The translations under genes were made by a program, and so were the position numbers. DNA of 64,000 nucleotides from Candidatus Iainarchaeum sp. (GTDB lineage: Archaea > Iainarchaeota > Iainarchaeia > Iainarchaeales > JAFCCW01): contig JAFCCW010000001.1 in assembly GCA_017609985.1 (NCBI GenBank), forward strand, positions 32,001 to 96,000, in the 5' to 3' direction. Shown here in pieces: positions 58,549 through 64,000 of this stretch. Numbering within the stretch: position 1 is the stretch's first letter; every line of letters begins with the position of its first letter. The notes below the pieces were generated by a model, which had not been told where the DNA came from, made no database searches, and worked only from the letters and a program-made list of their open reading frames with translations.

Positions 58549-59496
58549 ATGGGAAAAGAAATAAAAGAAGTCAAAGACCTGCCAGGTGTTGGAACAACAG
58601 CAGCAGAAAAACTATTTAGTGCAGGATACAAAACACTTGAATCAATAGCAATAGCTTCCCCAATGGAGCTTATAGAAGTAGCTGGATTAGGAGATGGAAC
58701 ATCAGACAAAGCAATCAAGGCAGCAAGAGATGCTCTTGAAATGGGTTTTGAATCAGCAGACAAGCTTGCAGAGCGAAGAAAACAGGTTGGAAAGATCACA
58801 ACCGGAAGTGAAGCTCTTGATGAACTAATAGGCGGAGGAATAGAAACACAAAGTATTACCGAGGTATATGGAAAAATGGCAAGCGGTAAAACACAGTGGT
58901 GTTTTCAGGCAGCAGTGACTGCTCAGCTTCCAAAAGACAAGGGAGGGTTAGCAGGAAATGTACTGTACATTGACTCAGAAAATAGTTTCAGACCAGAAAG
59001 AGTATCCGCGATTGCAAAAGCACAGGGTCTTGACCCAGACAAGATTCTTAAAAATATTCTAGTTGCAAGAGCATACAATGCAGACCACCAAATTCTTCTG
59101 GCAGAAAAAGCAGTGGACATGATTAAGGAAAAAAACATAAAATTAGTAATAGTTGATTCTTTGACAAGCCAGTTCAGAGCAGAATATATTGGAAGAGGAA
59201 AGCTTGCTGACAGACAGCAAAAGCTAAACCAGCACATGAGAACACTAATGAAACTTGCTGAAATGCAAAACTGTGCATTGCTTGTGACCAACCAAGTAAT
59301 GGCCAGGCCAGACATCCTGTTTGGAGACCCGACAGCACCAGTAGGAGGGAATGTTGTAGGACATGCGTCCAAAACCAGGCTTTATTTGAGAAAAAGCAAG
59401 GACGAAAAAAGAATTGCAAAACTTGTTGATTCACCAAGCCTGCCGGACGGAGAAGCAGTTTACAGAGTTACAGAAAATGGAATAGAGGATATGTAA
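58549..59496 (+). CDS. radA: DNA repair and recombination protein RadA
   Basis: N-terminal HhH, GKMASGKTQ, IVDSL, RQQKL, TNQV; no intein. Confidence 0.97.
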   Translation: MGKEIKEVKDLPGVGTTAAEKLFSAGYKTLESIAIASPMELIEVAGLGDGTSDKAIKAARDALEMGFESADKLAERRKQVGKITTGSEALDELIGGGIETQSITEVYGKMASGKTQWCFQAAVTAQLPKDKGGLAGNVLYIDSENSFRPERVSAIAKAQGLDPDKILKNILVARAYNADHQILLAEKAVDMIKEKNIKLVIVDSLTSQFRAEYIGRGKLADRQQKLNQHMRTLMKLAEMQNCALLVTNQVMARPDILFGDPTAPVGGNVVGHASKTRLYLRKSKDEKRIAKLVDSPSLPDGEAVYRVTENGIEDM

Positions 59497-59507
59497 CTAT
59501 ATCCTCT

Positions 59508-60236
59508 TTATATTCCTCTAACTCCAACTTCCCCAAAAAAAGCTTCTAGCGTTTCAGCAAAAGCAGTTAGCTGAGCAGGAGTAAAAGAATTTTTATTCTC
59601 AAGAGATCTGTCAATCATTCTTGAATCACTCTTGAATTGCTGAAGAAAAAAACGCTTTGGTTTTCCAGATAAAGAAAGAGAAGAAATCCATTTGCCAATA
59701 GAAACAAGTTTTTCCTCAGAAATAAATTCAGGGATAACAGTTGTGCGAAATTCATAGTCAGGAGCAGAATTTATTATAAGAGAAATAGACTGTTCAATCA
59801 GTTCAGAATCAACTTCAACTCCTGCAACAGCAGAGTAATCATTTTTTGGAGCTTTAACATCCATTGCCACATAGTCAGCAAGAGATTTTGAAAAAACTTT
59901 CTTCAAAACAGATGGATTGCCACCATTAGAATCAAGCTTGACTTCAAACCCAAGGTCTTTGACTCTTGAACAAAAATCCAAAAGCCCTGGCTGAAGAGTT
60001 GGTTCTCCGCCAGTGATTGCAACCCCCTGCAACCATTTCTTTTTAGACTCCAAAAAAGAAAAAAATTCTTCAACCGGAATCCTTGGTTCAGAAGGCTTGC
60101 CTAAAGCAAGTTCAGGATTGTAACAAAAAGGACAGCGAAAATTACAAGAATTAGTAAAAACAACACAGGAAAGTTTTCCTGGAAAATCAAGCATTGAGGT
60201 TCGGAGAACCCCGCGAATATCAAAATCAAGACTCAT
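59508..60236 (-). CDS. nrdG: Anaerobic RNR activating enzyme (radical SAM)
   Basis: CNFRCPFCYNP, TGGEPT, MDVK, EFRTT. Confidence 0.92.
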   Translation of the reverse strand: MSLDFDIRGVLRTSMLDFPGKLSCVVFTNSCNFRCPFCYNPELALGKPSEPRIPVEEFFSFLESKKKWLQGVAITGGEPTLQPGLLDFCSRVKDLGFEVKLDSNGGNPSVLKKVFSKSLADYVAMDVKAPKNDYSAVAGVEVDSELIEQSISLIINSAPDYEFRTTVIPEFISEEKLVSIGKWISSLSLSGKPKRFFLQQFKSDSRMIDRSLENKNSFTPAQLTAFAETLEAFFGEVGVRGI

Positions 60237-60244
60237 AAAAAAAC

Positions 60245-60508
60245 CTAGTGAAGAGCCTTTTCCACCTCTTCTTTTGGAGGAACTTCAGATTTCCAGGAAA
60301 CAAGCTCAGTACCAGAATCATCCACTACAACAAGAGAAGGAGTGCCCATAATTCCATACATTGCTGCTTCTGCAAGACCCTCTGGATCGCCAATATTTAG
60401 ATAGCTAACTGAAACACCACTCTGTTCAAACTCTTTGCCAAGTTCCTTTGCAGATGGACATTTTCCACAGCCTTCTTTCCAAAAAACAAGCAACTTTATA
60501 CACAACAC
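60245..60508 (-). CDS. Small thioredoxin/glutaredoxin-like protein
   Basis: CGKC active site, cis-Pro motif GTPS. Confidence 0.85.
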   Translation of the reverse strand: MLCIKLLVFWKEGCGKCPSAKELGKEFEQSGVSVSYLNIGDPEGLAEAAMYGIMGTPSLVVVDDSGTELVSWKSEVPPKEEVEKALH

Positions 60509-60513
60509 CTTCT

Positions 60514-60663
60514 TTAGATTTTGTAGTTTCCAGCTTGACGGTCAACAAACTCTGCTTTTTTTCCAGAATTCCAGTTTTGTATTTTGCTATAATATCCAAC
60601 AACTCTTGTTATTCCTTCGACATTTTCACTTCCACAGTGAACACATTTTGCTTTTAATTCCAT
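60514..60663 (-). CDS. Stand-alone NrdD glycyl-radical domain (49 aa), not in ORF track
   Basis: MELKAKCVHCGSENVEGITRVVGYYSKIQNWNSGKKAEFVDRQAGNYKI; RVVGY motif; SD GGAGGTG; TGATG overlap with nrdD. Confidence 0.92.
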   Translation of the reverse strand: MELKAKCVHCGSENVEGITRVVGYYSKIQNWNSGKKAEFVDRQAGNYKI

Positions 60664-63122
60664 CAACACACCTCCGCGACGGACTTTTTTGATTTATTAG
60701 ATTTATCTAATTTTCCAGAATTTTCTTTTTTAATTGAAACCTCTTTTTCAGTTGAACTCTCCTCTTCAGCACCCTGCACAGCAGAGCGAACAAAACCACG
60801 AGAAATCTTGTCACAATCCTTACAAATAGTAAATTCAGGAGAAATAACTATCTGCGCACTAGGAGTATTGTCCCATGTTCTCTTAACAAGCTCAAAAATT
60901 GCTGCTGGATCCGGCTTTTGTTCTCCAAGAAAAACATGAGTTATTGCGCCAGATTCAATGAGTGTATTGAACTTCGCTTGTTTATCAATTCTTTCGATTA
61001 TATCAACCTCTGAATTAGGAGAAAAATGAACCGAGTTTGTATAATACACATTCTCAGAAGCAACATCGCCCTGAACATAGTCTTTAACAAAATCAAAACG
61101 TCTTAAATCAACTTTAGCCATTCGAGAAGACGCACTCTCAGCAGGAGTTTCCTCGAGAGTAAACTTTAGCTTGTGTTCTTTTTCAAGAGCCTTTACCTTG
61201 AGATACATTGCAGAGATTATCTTGAGACCCTCTTTGTAAGCATCTTCAGACTCATGAAGTTCTTTGTCAGTCAAATACTTAACACACTCATTCAATCCAA
61301 TTATCCCAATAATATAAGTTGCCTTGTCAGTATCAACATATTTTCTGCCATCTTCAGCAACTTTTCCAATCTGCCAGAGAGGCATGTGAGGAGCAGACAT
61401 AAGCTGGTCAATAAATTTCTTCTTTTGGAGATGTGCCTTTACAGCTAAATCCATCATGGCTTCAACAGTTTTAATTGTTTTACCAGTGTTCTTGGATGAC
61501 TTGAAAGCAGCCTGAGGCAAATTAATGCTTACATTCTGAAAACCACAAAAGCGCATGCTCTCAGGATGCAACACCATATAATTGTCAGTAATTTCAGTGC
61601 GAAGTCTGCAACACATTGAAAGATTTACCTCATCGCGATCAAAAATAAAATAAGGAGAACCATTCTCAGAAGCAATTACACAAGCTTCGCTCAAAAGCTC
61701 GCGCTGTTTTGGATCATCAAAAGAATCCTGATTAACATGAAGATCAAATTTTGGAAATGGAAAAGGAAGATTGTTTCTGTCACCCTCTCTCCAAACCTCC
61801 ATCAAAGCCCTGCAAAATTGCTGAGCCTCTGCTTCAAAATCAAGATAAGTTAAAATCTTTCCATCAGCAGACTGCTCAAGCTCGCCGTTCTTGTTTCTGG
61901 GAACCTCATCAAGTTTCTCAATCGATCCGTCCTTCTTTTCAAGCATATATTTTCCGCCAGGACCGATGGCAGGAACATTCTTGAGATAAGAAGGGATTCC
62001 GGTGTGAATATTAAAATCAATAAAGAGTGTCTGGCCACCTCTAGAAAATGCATTCTGAGAACAAGAAAAAATCAAATACTGTGCTTCCTGCTTCATTCGC
62101 TCAAAAGACATTCCGCGCATTAGCGGCGCATAAAAAAGATTAACATAACTTATTCCAAGAGCCCCGGCATAGTAAGCCTGCATGGAAGCAAGAAAAGTGT
62201 TAAGATGGCCAGTGAGAGTCTGAGCATGCTTTGCGGGCGCAGAAACAGTTGAAAGATTCTCAAGCTTGAGACCATATTTTTTGATATACTCCAAAGAATG
62301 CGCAGAACAATAAGTTCTTATTGGATAACCCAAGTCATGAAGGTGAATTGCACCCTCAAGATGAGCCTTAGAAATATCTTTAGAAAAAAGATTATTCAAC
62401 GCAAACTGTTTCAGGATATTTTCCGCAATCGAAAGATTAACTGCTTCAGGATTGTTAGCAGCAACATTTGAATTCTCATTACTCATAGAACTTATGAGTT
62501 GTTTCAAATCATACACCGGCATTCCAATAAGAGTCTGCTTCTCAAGTTTTGACTGATAACCACGATCAAATAATTCAGTGTCAACCAAAGCACGAATAAG
62601 AGAAGTTGAAATCTTCTTCAAACCAGATTTAAAAATTCGCTCCTCAACAGCATCAGCTATTTCCTCTGCCTCAGCAAGAGGAATGCTTGCCTCTTTATGG
62701 AGCGCAGAAGCAATCTTGGATTTACTCCACTCAAATAATTCATCCTTGGAAGAGGGCTCCACCAACAAAAGCAAGTCAGTAGAAGAAGCCTTGCCCCTTA
62801 CCTTTTTCCTTACTTGAATCTTAGAACGCATTCTCTTGCGCTCGTCCCTGTAAAGAATAAATGCTTTTGCAGTCTTTGCCCTGCCATCTTCAATAAGAAT
62901 TTTTTCAACAGAATCCTGAACCTCCTCTATGGTTGGGCTCTTGCCGCCAAAACTCCGCCTTAAATCATTAGTAACTTTTCTGGCAATATTTCTTGCAGAA
63001 CCATAATCCTTGCCACCGACAGACTTAGCAGCCTTAAAAATTGCATTTGCAATTTTCTCCTCATTAAAAGGAACAAACCGCCCGTCTCTTTTTTGAACAT
63101 TAGTGAAAAATTCTTCAACCAT
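60663..63122 (-). CDS. nrdD: Class III ribonucleotide reductase large subunit with two ATP cones, lacking the glycyl-radical domain
   Basis: VQKRDG ATP cone, IHLHDL, SMCCRL finger loop, TPAES, YYTNS; ends after a single CxxC. Confidence 0.95.
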   Translation of the reverse strand: MVEEFFTNVQKRDGRFVPFNEEKIANAIFKAAKSVGGKDYGSARNIARKVTNDLRRSFGGKSPTIEEVQDSVEKILIEDGRAKTAKAFILYRDERKRMRSKIQVRKKVRGKASSTDLLLLVEPSSKDELFEWSKSKIASALHKEASIPLAEAEEIADAVEERIFKSGLKKISTSLIRALVDTELFDRGYQSKLEKQTLIGMPVYDLKQLISSMSNENSNVAANNPEAVNLSIAENILKQFALNNLFSKDISKAHLEGAIHLHDLGYPIRTYCSAHSLEYIKKYGLKLENLSTVSAPAKHAQTLTGHLNTFLASMQAYYAGALGISYVNLFYAPLMRGMSFERMKQEAQYLIFSCSQNAFSRGGQTLFIDFNIHTGIPSYLKNVPAIGPGGKYMLEKKDGSIEKLDEVPRNKNGELEQSADGKILTYLDFEAEAQQFCRALMEVWREGDRNNLPFPFPKFDLHVNQDSFDDPKQRELLSEACVIASENGSPYFIFDRDEVNLSMCCRLRTEITDNYMVLHPESMRFCGFQNVSINLPQAAFKSSKNTGKTIKTVEAMMDLAVKAHLQKKKFIDQLMSAPHMPLWQIGKVAEDGRKYVDTDKATYIIGIIGLNECVKYLTDKELHESEDAYKEGLKIISAMYLKVKALEKEHKLKFTLEETPAESASSRMAKVDLRRFDFVKDYVQGDVASENVYYTNSVHFSPNSEVDIIERIDKQAKFNTLIESGAITHVFLGEQKPDPAAIFELVKRTWDNTPSAQIVISPEFTICKDCDKISRGFVRSAVQGAEEESSTEKEVSIKKENSGKLDKSNKSKKSVAEVC

Positions 63123-63501
63123 AAAACACACCTGTTTTTTTCAAGCATAATAGAGATAGCTTTTTTGTTTATAAAAGATTACTAAGAAAAGACAACAGTT
63201 AGGAAAAAGCAGTAAACCAAGGTTAAAAGTTCGGAAAGCTAAGGGATATTGCTTGTTTGCGCATTGAGAGTTTGTTTTTTTTCCTAAAAAAACCAGTTTC
63301 CCAAGAAAATACTAAAAAACAGCAGTAAAAAACAACAAAAAGCAAATAAAAAACAAATGAAAAACAAAACAAAAATAGAATAAATGCAAATTAAGCAGGG
63401 TTAGATGAAAAGAGAAACTAGAATTGAAAACCAAAAGCCAGAGGACAGAGGCTAAAAACTAAACTCTGAAAACTGAAAACAGAAATTAATAAAACAAAAA
63501 A

Positions 63502-63900
63502 TTAGTGCTGTGGAGAAAAAATGGAAGACTGGGGAGCTAAAGAACCAGATTTAACAGGGGATGAAATTTCTTTGGCAATCTGCCTCAAATCTGTGCTTCC
63601 GATTGAATGATTCTTTTCCAAAGAAGGCTTCTTGAAAACTTTTACAAACGGGCCAGTGCTTATTGGAACTGGTTTTCGCTTAAGCTTCTTGGAATCAGCT
63701 CTTTTCTGAAGAAGAAGATCATGAAGGCTTTGGTTTCCCTCAATAATTTCAGCAGAAACAAAATTACAATCCCTGCACTCATAAATTTCCCCCCAAGTCT
63801 CAGGAGTACAAACCAGATTGTCTTTGACATAAGTTTCAGCGCCAAGTTTCACAAAAACAGACTTTGAAAGACATTTTGGACAGATGCATAAAATCTTCAA
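63502..63900 (-). CDS. Hypothetical Zn-ribbon protein
   Basis: CPKC...CRDC. Confidence 0.55.
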   Translation of the reverse strand: MKILCICPKCLSKSVFVKLGAETYVKDNLVCTPETWGEIYECRDCNFVSAEIIEGNQSLHDLLLQKRADSKKLKRKPVPISTGPFVKVFKKPSLEKNHSIGSTDLRQIAKEISSPVKSGSLAPQSSIFSPQH

Positions 63901-64000
63901 TTATATCACTTGTTGGGAGTTTAGCCTTCCGCTTGAAAGCTTGAAAAACTGAATATTATTAATATATTCTTATATAAAAGCTTTGCCGAAAAAAAAGCAG

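Noticed and set aside
60663-63122. nrdD as a truncated pseudogene
   Set aside because: The missing domain is intact in the next ORF with its own SD, and nrdG and the redoxin are intact.
58549-63122. Inteins in radA or nrdD
   Set aside because: Lengths are normal and no splicing or homing-endonuclease motifs were seen.

Overview
AT-rich archaeal chromosome segment. The gene content (RadA, RPA, Hjc, archaeal DnaG, Pus10, aIF6, eS19/eL31/eL39/eL20, SRP54, class III signal-peptide pilins) mixed with bacterial-type metabolic genes (coaD/coaE, ald, ribD, ppdK, thyX, iscS/iscU) suggests a DPANN archaeon, possibly Iainarchaeota/Diapherotrites (inference). The window holds a type IV pilus locus (0.7-13.1 kb), housekeeping and lipid genes, three tRNAs, the rpp21-eS19-...-ftsY superoperon and a class III ribonucleotide reductase operon. 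Best finding: NrdD is split. The large subunit lacks the glycyl-radical domain, which is encoded by a 49-aa ORF missing from the ORF track (60514..60663, minus strand) with its own Shine-Dalgarno; the Zn ligands are divided between the two chains. Other notable items: a candidate K-turn/UUCG small RNA at ~14.55 kb, structured leaders on radA and rps19e, tandem divergent GGGP synthases, an ArsR-controlled isc operon with a clear operator, and a Kazal-domain lipoprotein. No CRISPR array, rRNA or transposase was seen. All calls come from reading motifs by eye; no searches were run.
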